In this document: in pieces, positions 6,367 to 15,341 of the stretch
Numbering within the stretch: the stretch's first letter is position 1
Layout of the letters: each line of letters begins with the position of its first letter
Source of the DNA: a virus
Strand: one strand, 5' to 3'
DNA: 64,000 bases
IMG/VR virus record: IMGVR_UViG_3300031965_000002
Span: 2,082-66,081 of that record
Notes under the pieces: generated by a model
Told to the model about the DNA's origin: nothing
Seen by the model: only the letters and a program-made list of their open reading frames with translations
Database searches by the model: none
Program-made: the position numbers and the translations under genes

Positions 6367-8940
6367 TTAAACTACTCTTAGCTTAATCTTTGTTGTTCGA
6401 CTCTTGATATTTGGATTGTTTTTATGAAATATTCTTGCCTTGATAATGGTGTTATCGCTGCCCGTTAAATTTCTATTAATAACTATCGGTCCTGAATATA
6501 ATTTGCTTGTACTTTTAGGCACTGTATTGTTGGTTGTGTAGCGTATCTCGTAATCGCTACCAACACTATCAAATATTATACTGCTGCCCAATGATATATC
6601 AATAGTTGATAAAGTTGTTTCGGTTGTTGAGTCATTTTGGATTGATAATGCCGGTCTTACACCCGCGACCGACAATCTTGGAGATAATTGAGCAGCAGGA
6701 GCTATGGTGGGCCGTAGCGTTCGCACGGTGCCTCCAGTATCGTCAGTATCTTCGGGGGCAACAGATGGCGACTCTAATAATATGCCTGCGACTAAGCCAC
6801 CATAATCTGCTGAATTAAGATTTGTTGCTTCATATTGGGTACGAAGATAACTGGAGGCAGGGTCAATAATATCAATCGTAGCCATTGTTCCTGCGATAAC
6901 GCCTGCCGCAAGCGTATCAACCAGATCATCAAGGTCGGTGTATCCATTGTCCACGGCCCAATCGCTGACCTGCTCGCCGATGCCAATGATGCCAGGATCT
7001 TCGAAGATATTGCCTGATGCTGTTGATCCAGTAACCTGATTGAGGGCAGATTCGAACGCTGCAATAGTGCTGAGAGCAGTACCTTCATCCTCATAGAAGT
7101 TGGTCTCTGAACCGCCGACGCGATAGACATTGTTGCGGGTTACATTACCGTCGATACGGCCTGCCGTCTCGCCGTTCTCCCATGTATCATAGTCTGTTTC
7201 CAGAGCATTACGGGTAGAACCAGTAACACCAGATCCGATAAGGAACACATTACGGTCAATGAGTAGGTTATGATGTCCCTTACTTTTTGTCGATGTGGTA
7301 AGGAAGTCATCATTGTTTGCTATCTCAAAACGAATACCGCGCTGACCTGTAGTAGTTGTGGCATTAAATACGCATGTATTGTTCAGAATATTATTGTTCC
7401 AACCGTCTCGTGTATATCCATTCGAAGAGCCTGGCTCATTACGAACTATGAAACCATGGGAAATAATATCTTGCTCAGAGTAAAGTAAATTATCCTTAAC
7501 AGTGCTGTCATAGCATTGTCCCATTACTACAAGTATTACTTGATTTGTGAGAGGGTTACCCATATCCGTAATGACGTTACGTTTAACAGTGACCCATTTT
7601 GAATACGATCCATCAGCGTTAGCAATGTTCGGATATTCTCCAGTTTCGGTATCCTCTGTACGATCGACCTGAACACCAGCCGCAACCTCACCATTGGAAT
7701 TCAACTCAGCCACCATTTGACAGCGAGTGTATAAGTTGTCTCGAATGGATACACCCCAGCAAGCATCTACCTTCACACCATTACCTGAGCAATAGTCAAT
7801 CGTATTGTGGGCAAACAGTAAATCACTATATGATTTAGGATAGGCAACATGATCCAGTATACCGCCGCCAACATCGCTGAACACACAATTAATTATAGAC
7901 CATTCGCGGAAAGTAAAGTCATCAAAATCGCTTGACCCTTGCATGAATGATTCTGCATTGGAGTTTAAGCCAACACAGTTATCGAACACGACTCTTTCGG
8001 TTAGCCGTACTTGAGTTCCTGTTTGGTCTGGTGTCGTTGCTACACGATCAATGGTACAGCGGTAGAAGTAAATGTTTTGCATCAAGCCATCAGAACCAAC
8101 TAATCTATTGAAGTCAATAGATGTATTACTTGCCACTCTCATATCCAAATGACTTACCCAAACATAGCTATCTGTAGCACCCGTTCTGAAGTTCATAACA
8201 CGGCTACCCTCAGAACCAACAGCAGACGGTTGAAAGATAGGATCAGCTCCTGCTCCATATGCGGTGAACACGAACGGATTGGAAGACGTTCCACCTCGTT
8301 CGGGTAATATGCGTTGACCAGCCGCGAAATTTGTAGTACCATCAAAAGTTTCGCCACGTTTGAATAACATCATTGCGGGAGTACCAGTGGGCACTACGGT
8401 CATGGCTGCTGCAATGGTTGCGTATGCTACGACCGCACCATCTGGGCTATCAGGGTTTGCGCCAACCTCTGCATCTGTTTTCAGATAATAACCTGCATTA
8501 CTATTGACCGCTGCCGCATTCGTATCATTGCCTAATGTTGGGTCTACATACACAATACGGTGCGTGTCGCCGATTAATTCGCCAACACTATCAACAGAAT
8601 AGGATTGGTTGGTTACAGCGAGATCGGTGCTTGTCGCGTTCGTGCGGGTTCCATCTGAAGTTAGCGAAGCAGGAATAGTTACTGTGATAGTTTCACCGAA
8701 TTTAATCTGTCGAGAAAGACGAAAACAAATTTTGAACTGATTATTAGTTAAATCAACGAAAGGGTATTTATCTTCGAATTCAACTTCGAGCACTGTTACT
8801 GCCCCACCCGAAGCAGTTATAACAATATTATCGAGTAGGTCTGTATCTATTGTCGCAGGCTGAGTCAATGTTCCGGTACTTGGGTCCAATAATAAATACA
8901 TCATGATCCCGGAAGTATGAATACGAGCAGAATTAGCCAT
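6367..8940 (-). CDS. Large parallel beta-helix protein (possible depolymerase or virion protein) with a C-terminal FN3/chitobiase-like domain
   Basis: 857 aa; repeated N/C-rich beta-strand turns (IINCVFSDV, FAHNTIDYC, IRDNLYTRC, ILNNTCVF); C-terminal EIRYTTNNTVPKSTSKLYSGPIVI. Confidence 0.7.
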   Translation of the reverse strand: MANSARIHTSGIMMYLLLDPSTGTLTQPATIDTDLLDNIVITASGGAVTVLEVEFEDKYPFVDLTNNQFKICFRLSRQIKFGETITVTIPASLTSDGTRTNATSTDLAVTNQSYSVDSVGELIGDTHRIVYVDPTLGNDTNAAAVNSNAGYYLKTDAEVGANPDSPDGAVVAYATIAAAMTVVPTGTPAMMLFKRGETFDGTTNFAAGQRILPERGGTSSNPFVFTAYGAGADPIFQPSAVGSEGSRVMNFRTGATDSYVWVSHLDMRVASNTSIDFNRLVGSDGLMQNIYFYRCTIDRVATTPDQTGTQVRLTERVVFDNCVGLNSNAESFMQGSSDFDDFTFREWSIINCVFSDVGGGILDHVAYPKSYSDLLFAHNTIDYCSGNGVKVDACWGVSIRDNLYTRCQMVAELNSNGEVAAGVQVDRTEDTETGEYPNIANADGSYSKWVTVKRNVITDMGNPLTNQVILVVMGQCYDSTVKDNLLYSEQDIISHGFIVRNEPGSSNGYTRDGWNNNILNNTCVFNATTTTGQRGIRFEIANNDDFLTTSTKSKGHHNLLIDRNVFLIGSGVTGSTRNALETDYDTWENGETAGRIDGNVTRNNVYRVGGSETNFYEDEGTALSTIAAFESALNQVTGSTASGNIFEDPGIIGIGEQVSDWAVDNGYTDLDDLVDTLAAGVIAGTMATIDIIDPASSYLRTQYEATNLNSADYGGLVAGILLESPSVAPEDTDDTGGTVRTLRPTIAPAAQLSPRLSVAGVRPALSIQNDSTTETTLSTIDISLGSSIIFDSVGSDYEIRYTTNNTVPKSTSKLYSGPIVINRNLTGSDNTIIKARIFHKNNPNIKSRTTKIKLRVV

Positions 8941-9382
8941 TAACGCACCTCTTTCGTTATATTGTCGCGTAAGACTACTTCATATTTGCTCAGTTGTCCT
9001 AATCCTGAAAATATGCCTAATACCGTGCTCGATACAATTGATGTTATAGCTGCTATTGTCATAAATTCTCCATAAATATAAAGCCACAGTCTTAACTTTA
9101 AAAATAATGAAGAATCAATAAAACTCCTTGTTTTATAATTTCTTATGTTGAAGTCATAAATAGCTAAATAATCAATAATATATACAATGCCTAACAGATA
9201 GCGAATATTGAGTAATTCGCGAACGCTTTGCATGTTTGCATGAAGGAACAGGATAAAATAACAAAAAGAAAACCCGGTATTGGCGAGGATTTCGTATAGA
9301 GAAGAGCGCAAGATCAATACTAGGAAAGTAGATTTTACTAAACCCTTACATCGCACACACCCAAACGTAACCAGGAGATACA

Positions 9383-10435
9383 ATGTCAGACTTCAGACTC
9401 GACCGCAAAACAGCGGCCCTACCTCGCAACACGGTCTTCAATATCGAAAGCCTAGAAGAACTAGAAAGCTATCAGGCAGATAGGTCAGAACCGCCAAAAA
9501 ACGCGCAAAGCAGAAAAATATTGCTCGCGATGCCAGGTAAGATAGAAAACCAACAAGCTCTATGGGCAGAAATAGAAAAGAATAAAAAGGTCGCAGAGAA
9601 CATAGATATCGTGTTCCAGGCCAATGCATATCATAGATGGAACAGCCTTTATCCAAACGAGTTGCTCAAAACATACACGGGAAGAGAGCAAGACATAGCG
9701 GTTGATCAGTTCAACGCCACGAACGGCCGGTACACGAACCTCAATTGGTTTCCCAAAACGCCAACGCATGGATACCTTGACTACGAGCCGAAGCATGTAG
9801 ACCCCGTAACGGGCAGAGCAAACACCTGGCAGTATGAGAAGATACAAAACGGATACAGCGATAATGATAAACTGGTTCTCAATCTACTCTACAGGGGAAC
9901 TCAGATGGCCGTCAACGCACAGCAGTCAATCGGCATGAAACTCACGACATATCGTGTCCCCATCCTCAGCGACCGTGCCGTCACAAAAGAAAAGGCAGCA
10001 AGGCAGGTTGAATCGTCCAAACCATTTTCGGAGATGCAGGACTGGATATGGATGGACTGCTATTGGAGAAGCGCAGACGCTATCGATGAATCAAACATCG
10101 AGAACTACAAGAACAGACTCAGAACACATTATCGAGCGCTCACGCAGCTAGGTAAACCAGTCATACCGTTCATCGACCCAATATATACTCATATCGAAGG
10201 AAAGGACGGGACAGGTTTCGGGCCCGAGAAGGCGAAAGGATATTATCAGGCGTCGCTCAACACGTTCGACGAACTTGGCATCACGACATTCGGCATATGG
10301 ACAAACATGAGAACAGACGAGGGCGTCGCCAGTCACGTAGAGAATATAGTCGCGGGTCTCGATGTCTTTGAAGCATTCCTGGACAATGAAACAAAGAAAA
10401 CAAATTGGAAAGATATTGCCGAAGGAACGAACTAA
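9383..10435 (+). CDS. Hypothetical protein, possible glycoside-hydrolase-like TIM barrel
   Basis: 350 aa; AGGAG RBS; aromatic-rich alternating beta/alpha pattern (GYLDYEP, WIWMDCY, PVIPFIDP). Fold is inference only. Confidence 0.6.
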   Translation: MSDFRLDRKTAALPRNTVFNIESLEELESYQADRSEPPKNAQSRKILLAMPGKIENQQALWAEIEKNKKVAENIDIVFQANAYHRWNSLYPNELLKTYTGREQDIAVDQFNATNGRYTNLNWFPKTPTHGYLDYEPKHVDPVTGRANTWQYEKIQNGYSDNDKLVLNLLYRGTQMAVNAQQSIGMKLTTYRVPILSDRAVTKEKAARQVESSKPFSEMQDWIWMDCYWRSADAIDESNIENYKNRLRTHYRALTQLGKPVIPFIDPIYTHIEGKDGTGFGPEKAKGYYQASLNTFDELGITTFGIWTNMRTDEGVASHVENIVAGLDVFEAFLDNETKKTNWKDIAEGTN

Positions 10436-10933
10436 ATGCAAACATACTTTCGACTCATAGAATCCCAGAGAGGGCCGAGAGGCCTCGAACTCACCAACGA
10501 AGAGAAGAGGCAAATGGTACGGATGTACCAAGAGGGAAAAAGCCTAAGAGAAATAGGTTTCAACTTTCACGGCTTATCGCCCAAGTATGTAAGCACGTTG
10601 CTTAGGCAGCAGGGGATAGAAATGAGGCCGAGAGGATGGCCCAGGGGCAAGCCCTTCGTATCGGATTTCAACAAAGGAAACAAGATAAACGAGCAAATCA
10701 AGGATGAAGTCGTAAGGCTTTATATCGAACACAACCTCAATCAAGAGGCGGTTGCAAGAGAAACGGCCATCTCGCCGCAGTCGGTCCTGAACATCCTGCG
10801 AGAGCGTGGCATACAGGTGAACAGGCAAGGAACGGACAGAACGAGAGGCGAAATAGGAAACTACAACGTCAACCAGGATATCTTTCCAAAATCAGCAAGC
10901 AATCTGGCATGGAAACTGTTACAGGAAGAATAA
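10436..10933 (+). CDS. Tandem helix-turn-helix DNA-binding protein
   Basis: Two HTH-like segments: MYQEGKSLREIG...VSTLLRQQGI and LYIEHNLNQEAVARETAISPQSVLNILRERGI. Confidence 0.7.
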   Translation: MQTYFRLIESQRGPRGLELTNEEKRQMVRMYQEGKSLREIGFNFHGLSPKYVSTLLRQQGIEMRPRGWPRGKPFVSDFNKGNKINEQIKDEVVRLYIEHNLNQEAVARETAISPQSVLNILRERGIQVNRQGTDRTRGEIGNYNVNQDIFPKSASNLAWKLLQEE

Positions 10934-10970
10934 AAATCGCACAAAAGAAACAAAGAAATAGCCCCTGGCT

Positions 10971-11960
10971 TTAGCCTTGGGCCTTCTTTGCATTTCGCAA
11001 GAGAACCGTCCATCGTTCACGCATATCCATTAACAAAGCCTTGCGACAGACGATAAAGTCGCGGGTTTCCCTAATGTGAGAGATCCTGCGTTGTTTCTCT
11101 TCTTCCAATAGTTTCAGGTAAGCGTCATCCTGCATACGCTGCGGACACTGCCCATCATGCATGGGACTGAACTTATCGAGGCGAATCCTTTCCCATGCAA
11201 CAGTCGTTTCGCGGACTTCCCAAATCTTGGTGAGGTCGCAGTTCGCCAACCGCATGTCCATGCCTGGGATGGCGTGGGGGTCTTTGGGCGATATGTAATC
11301 GATATATTTGCCAAGAACATGCGCAACTCGCGTGCGACGAGTCACAAAAGCCTCTATCTTGTCTGGGTCCGAGCAGATGTTGGCCCATTCGGTATAGCTG
11401 ATGATGCCGTTTGCTTGTTCGGCGAACTCGCTGGCAAGTTCATGGATGGCGACGGTCATCGGGATTCTTGGGCCACAAGGAATCTTCTTGGGAACGCTCG
11501 CCTTGTTGAGTCTGCGGCGCTTGAGGGTCACGCACCAACGGGAACACCCGACTTGCTCGGCGATCTCGCAGTTGGGGCGGTTCCAATCAATTCTTGACCA
11601 ATCGTATCGGTCTTCCTGTTTGCGCGTTTTTCTTTTTATTTGGTACCCGAACTCTTTGGCTCGGGCGTAGGCGACTCCCCGCGAGCAGGCGGACAGGTTC
11701 ATGATGTCATCGAGCGTAAGCGGCTCCTTGCCTTCGAGGTTCGCAAAGAACTGTTCCCAGAAGGACAGCTTGCGGTTCTTCGGCTTGTAACCGTGTTTGC
11801 GTGTGAGGGCGGCAGCCGTGGAATAGTTCACGTTAAGCCTGTCGGCTATCTGCTCGATCGTGAGACCTGGTCCCAAGTCACGGAGAGCAAGGCGTCGCCT
11901 TGCTTGAAGGTCTGTTTCACGGAGGGCAAGACGCCGCTTTGTTTGAAGGTCTATGGTCAT
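10971..11960 (-). CDS. Multi-HTH DNA-binding protein
   Basis: GLTIEQIADRLNVNYSTAAALTRK and NCEIAEQVGCSRWCVTLKRR HTH patterns; basic protein. Confidence 0.65.
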   Translation of the reverse strand: MTIDLQTKRRLALRETDLQARRRLALRDLGPGLTIEQIADRLNVNYSTAAALTRKHGYKPKNRKLSFWEQFFANLEGKEPLTLDDIMNLSACSRGVAYARAKEFGYQIKRKTRKQEDRYDWSRIDWNRPNCEIAEQVGCSRWCVTLKRRRLNKASVPKKIPCGPRIPMTVAIHELASEFAEQANGIISYTEWANICSDPDKIEAFVTRRTRVAHVLGKYIDYISPKDPHAIPGMDMRLANCDLTKIWEVRETTVAWERIRLDKFSPMHDGQCPQRMQDDAYLKLLEEEKQRRISHIRETRDFIVCRKALLMDMRERWTVLLRNAKKAQG

Positions 11961-11968
11961 GCCCGATT

Positions 11969-12895
11969 CTAGTCTCTTGGGTTAAGGTGTTCAAGTGGGT
12001 TTTCGCGTATTTTGTTCAAAAAAATAGACCCTGATGATCTTTGCATGTTTTCAAACCTGTTGCGAAACTTTTTGACCGTTTGTATGACGAATTTTTCTGA
12101 ACGGCCTATTCTCCGCTCTATTTCTGCTTTGCTATAGCCCTCGAACAGGAGTCGAAGGGCTATTTTTCTTTCTTGCGACATGCTCTTTGTTATACAGTCT
12201 ATGTATTCAAGCGTATCAATCTCGTTGTATGGTCTTTCTTTGTATATGCCGCCGTTGTAGTTCCGAAGAATACCGTTGCTCCATGCAGCGAACCAGGGTT
12301 CCCTGAACATTGGCAAAGGCGTAACAACAATGCCTCGTCTTTTTCTTTTTGCTACATCGGTCTTTCGGATGCGTTGCTCTCGTGCATATATGAGGACAAT
12401 TTGGTCGGCAGATAGTTTTTTACCGTTGCGTATTTTGTAACTTTCTTTTACTTTTTCTATGTACCTTGATGAAAGTATGACCGACGATGGAAATAGCGAG
12501 CAGGTATCTTGTACGTACGTTCTAAGCCTCGCCCATACAGCGATTCCCACGAGAGACTGTATTTCAAACGGCCTTTTTCCAAGATGTTTGTCTATGATGG
12601 CAAGCGTCGTAAGGTGGGCTTCTGCGAGGAAGTCTTCGACGTCCATTGGCGTGACGAGGCCTGACGTGGCGGGGTAGCCCCGAAAGAACCTGCGGGCAAC
12701 CTTCTCTGCTCGTGGCCTTAAAAGATCGAAGGCTTCGTGTCTGCTTGTTTTGGTGATGGCTTCGTTTGACTTCATGTAGATTGGTGTGAATATCTGGTAT
12801 GTACTTGTGGGGCCATAAAAAAAATCGAGTCGGCGAGGCGAGCCACGGCACGAGCGAGTAAAAGCTCTTATGGGCGGGTATTCGGTATTAAGCAT
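11969..12895 (-). CDS. Divergent sigma70-family-like factor
   Basis: Region-2-like AEKVARRF...VEDFLAEAHLTTLAII and region-4-like RKIALRLLFEGYSKAEIERRIGRSEKFVIQ. Confidence 0.55.
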   Translation of the reverse strand: MLNTEYPPIRAFTRSCRGSPRRLDFFYGPTSTYQIFTPIYMKSNEAITKTSRHEAFDLLRPRAEKVARRFFRGYPATSGLVTPMDVEDFLAEAHLTTLAIIDKHLGKRPFEIQSLVGIAVWARLRTYVQDTCSLFPSSVILSSRYIEKVKESYKIRNGKKLSADQIVLIYAREQRIRKTDVAKRKRRGIVVTPLPMFREPWFAAWSNGILRNYNGGIYKERPYNEIDTLEYIDCITKSMSQERKIALRLLFEGYSKAEIERRIGRSEKFVIQTVKKFRNRFENMQRSSGSIFLNKIRENPLEHLNPRD

Positions 12896-12951
12896 TATTC
12901 ATAATGATACATTTCTTTCTAGTTATTTCCTGCGTGTAACCTTCTTCCGTC

Positions 12952-13296
12952 TTACTCTTTGAGCCAGCCCTGTTTTCTCGCCCAAAATCGAGTAAAAATA
13001 CTCGATGCTGCCTCTTCGATTATCCACTCTCTGAAAAGAGTCCTTAAACGAGCCGTTTCTAGGCCCAAATGGTCGAAAATATCTAACAAACGGGCATGAT
13101 GCTCGGGGAAAGGCGTAGAAAATTCAAAATCGATGATATGCTTGATTTCGCCAATTTTCAGGTTATCTGCGTAATAGTCATTGGCCATTTCAAGCATTCT
13201 AGCGCATTCTTTCTGGTAATTGTGAAACACGATCGGTTCATCCTCAGAATAAGCCACGGTCATGCCTCTGCGTTTTCTAGTTGCCTTCGTGCGCAT
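12952..13296 (-). CDS. Hypothetical protein
   Basis: 114 aa ORF co-oriented with the sigma-like gene; true start probably the internal Met (MTVAYSED). Confidence 0.55.
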   Translation of the reverse strand: MRTKATRKRRGMTVAYSEDEPIVFHNYQKECARMLEMANDYYADNLKIGEIKHIIDFEFSTPFPEHHARLLDIFDHLGLETARLRTLFREWIIEEAASSIFTRFWARKQGWLKE

Positions 13297-13337
13297 AGCT
13301 ATATGATATCTGAAAGTTATTTCACTTGATTACGAAC

Positions 13338-13365
13338 AAGGTTTTCATCTATTTTGTGTCGAAAA
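13338..13365 (+). promoter_or_regulatory. Putative sigma28-like promoter
   Basis: AAGG-N16-GTCGAAAA, 24 nt upstream of ATG 13389. Confidence 0.45.
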
Positions 13366-13388
13366 GATAATCACGGGATGGCAGGTCT

Positions 13389-14450
13389 ATGAACAAAAAC
13401 GACGCACAGATTTTGGTTTGGAAGCATCATGTCGCAAGGCATTTTATAGAAAAACCATCTCTAAAGATAGGGAACGGAGTCGGTCGCGGCGGTACTGTTT
13501 TCTTTAGTTTCGATCAAATGAAGAACTGGTTTCGCAAAAACACGAGCGAAGAGTATTATGTTGCTCCTATTTTGATATCTCGCAAAAACCTAACTAGACC
13601 TTCTGAGGGAGATGACAGCATCATGGCAGACAGTCTTGTTACGACAAAGAGTATTGGCCCTTTCGAGTCTGTATTGTATTGGGAGAAAAATAAAGATAAT
13701 CTTTGCAAGGCATCTTTGTCCTCCGTAAAGATATCTCAGCAAGACAAGGTTCTTTATATTATGCGCGGAATTTCTGGTTCTGGCAAATCTACGCTTGCCA
13801 GGCAGCTTGGCGAGGGAGGCGATGTGTTTTCCACGGACGACTTCTTCATGGTCAACGGCGAGTATCAGTTCGACCGCGATTTTATGAGCGAGGCTCACTT
13901 CTGGAATCAAACCCGTGCGATTGAGGCAATGGACAAGGGTATATCTCCCATCGTGATTGACAATACGAACGTAGAAGCCTGGGAGCCCAAGTTTTATGTA
14001 AAAGAAGCAATGAAGAGAGGATATCGGGTTGAAATCAAAGAATCGCAAACGCCTTGGAGGTTTGACGCCAATGAGCTTGCTCGAAGAAATACTCACGAAG
14101 TTCCTCTCGATGTTATCCAAGGAATGATTGATAAATGGCATCCTGATATGACCGTTGATGATATTCTTAGCGCAGAGAAGCCAAAACTATCAAGCTCAAG
14201 GGGTAAAACAGTGAAAAGTAACTGGTATAAAAATCTAAAGCAATCAAATCGTTTCAATACTTTTCCACGCATGCAAGAGCAAGACAAAGCATCTATTGTT
14301 CAAATGATTAAAGGCCTTGGCAGCAGTCGTGGCGTGAGCGAAGGAACACAGGAAAGTATAATCAACGAAGTTATGTCTAAACTCAACATGGGATATGATG
14401 TCGAATCGGTTCGTGATTGGGCGAGAACAGCCGTTCAGCAAGCTGCTTAG
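13389..14450 (+). CDS. AAA_33 / N4BP2-like P-loop kinase domain protein
   Basis: LYIMRGISGSGKSTLARQL Walker A, VFSTDDFF, AHFWNQTRA, IVIDNTN, RRNTHEVP. Confidence 0.85.
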   Translation: MNKNDAQILVWKHHVARHFIEKPSLKIGNGVGRGGTVFFSFDQMKNWFRKNTSEEYYVAPILISRKNLTRPSEGDDSIMADSLVTTKSIGPFESVLYWEKNKDNLCKASLSSVKISQQDKVLYIMRGISGSGKSTLARQLGEGGDVFSTDDFFMVNGEYQFDRDFMSEAHFWNQTRAIEAMDKGISPIVIDNTNVEAWEPKFYVKEAMKRGYRVEIKESQTPWRFDANELARRNTHEVPLDVIQGMIDKWHPDMTVDDILSAEKPKLSSSRGKTVKSNWYKNLKQSNRFNTFPRMQEQDKASIVQMIKGLGSSRGVSEGTQESIINEVMSKLNMGYDVESVRDWARTAVQQAA

Positions 14451-14457
14451 GATATGC

Positions 14458-15132
14458 ATGAACTGGTATCAATTAATAAAGTTTGCTCAAGTTCGTGGAG
14501 AGTTTTGGCTCGATGACTCAGGCTATGCGCAAGAGGCAAGCGGAGACGGAGACTACAATCACGAGGGCTATGTCATGGCTACTATTCTTGGCAAATATGA
14601 CCTCGATTGGGAAAATGGCGGAGTTTATTTACAGACTTCACAGGGTCTTGAAGAATTTATAGATAGTAGATGGCAAGATATAGTTGAATATGCTGTTACC
14701 CAAGGCTGGATTAATCAACAGCAAGCTTACGAGGCCACGAATAATCCACAGGCAGAGCTTTCTCCTGGCAAGCCGTATAGAGAAGCGATAATCTATGAGT
14801 TCACTCCTCGTGACGCAGTCATGATGGAAGGCGGAACTCCAGAGGAAGCGGAAGTGGCTTCAGTCACCGGCGACGCTCGTCTCTTTGCGCAGAAAAACTG
14901 GGGCTGGACAAGAGTGGAAGGCAACAACCTGGAAACATGGGATGTAGACCATAGCAGTCTCAAGAACATAGCAGATGGCCTATATAGCGCATATGGAGAT
15001 GATGTTGACAGTACAAAGTTTACATTGTTCCTACATAAAACAAAGCAGTGGTATCAGGATTTGCCGTTTGATACGTTCCAAGAAGGCAATATGTTGTTTA
15101 TGAGACGCAATCAGTTCTTGGGGTGGGGGTAA
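14458..15132 (+). CDS. Acidic hypothetical protein with an MNWY leader
   Basis: Start MNWYQLIKFAQ at 14458, within ORF 14395..15132, just after the upstream stop at 14450. Confidence 0.75.
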   Translation: MNWYQLIKFAQVRGEFWLDDSGYAQEASGDGDYNHEGYVMATILGKYDLDWENGGVYLQTSQGLEEFIDSRWQDIVEYAVTQGWINQQQAYEATNNPQAELSPGKPYREAIIYEFTPRDAVMMEGGTPEEAEVASVTGDARLFAQKNWGWTRVEGNNLETWDVDHSSLKNIADGLYSAYGDDVDSTKFTLFLHKTKQWYQDLPFDTFQEGNMLFMRRNQFLGWG

Positions 15133-15341
15133 TGAACTGGTATAAAAAAGCACAGCTTGACCTTCTTGTGGTTGATAACAATCAGCCACACAAAAACAAG
15201 ATCAACTTGCATCTTAATCGTGCAATGAGAGACATTAGCAGCGCTCTTGGTCAATCAAGAGATAACGAGCAACAAAAGAAGCTCAAGCATGCTCTCAAGC
15301 AGATTAGTCAGGCTCAGAGGAAGATAGACTTTGCAATATGA
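15132..15341 (+). CDS. Small hypothetical protein with an MNWYKKAQ leader
   Basis: TAATG overlap with the upstream stop and ATGA overlap with the downstream gene. Confidence 0.7.
   Translation: MNWYKKAQLDLLVVDNNQPHKNKINLHLNRAMRDISSALGQSRDNEQQKKLKHALKQISQAQRKIDFAI

Noticed and set aside
8940-9383. 147 aa minus-strand ORF upstream of the beta-helix gene
   Set aside because: Mostly AT-rich low-complexity intergenic-like sequence abutting a divergent start; at most the last ~40 codons may be real.
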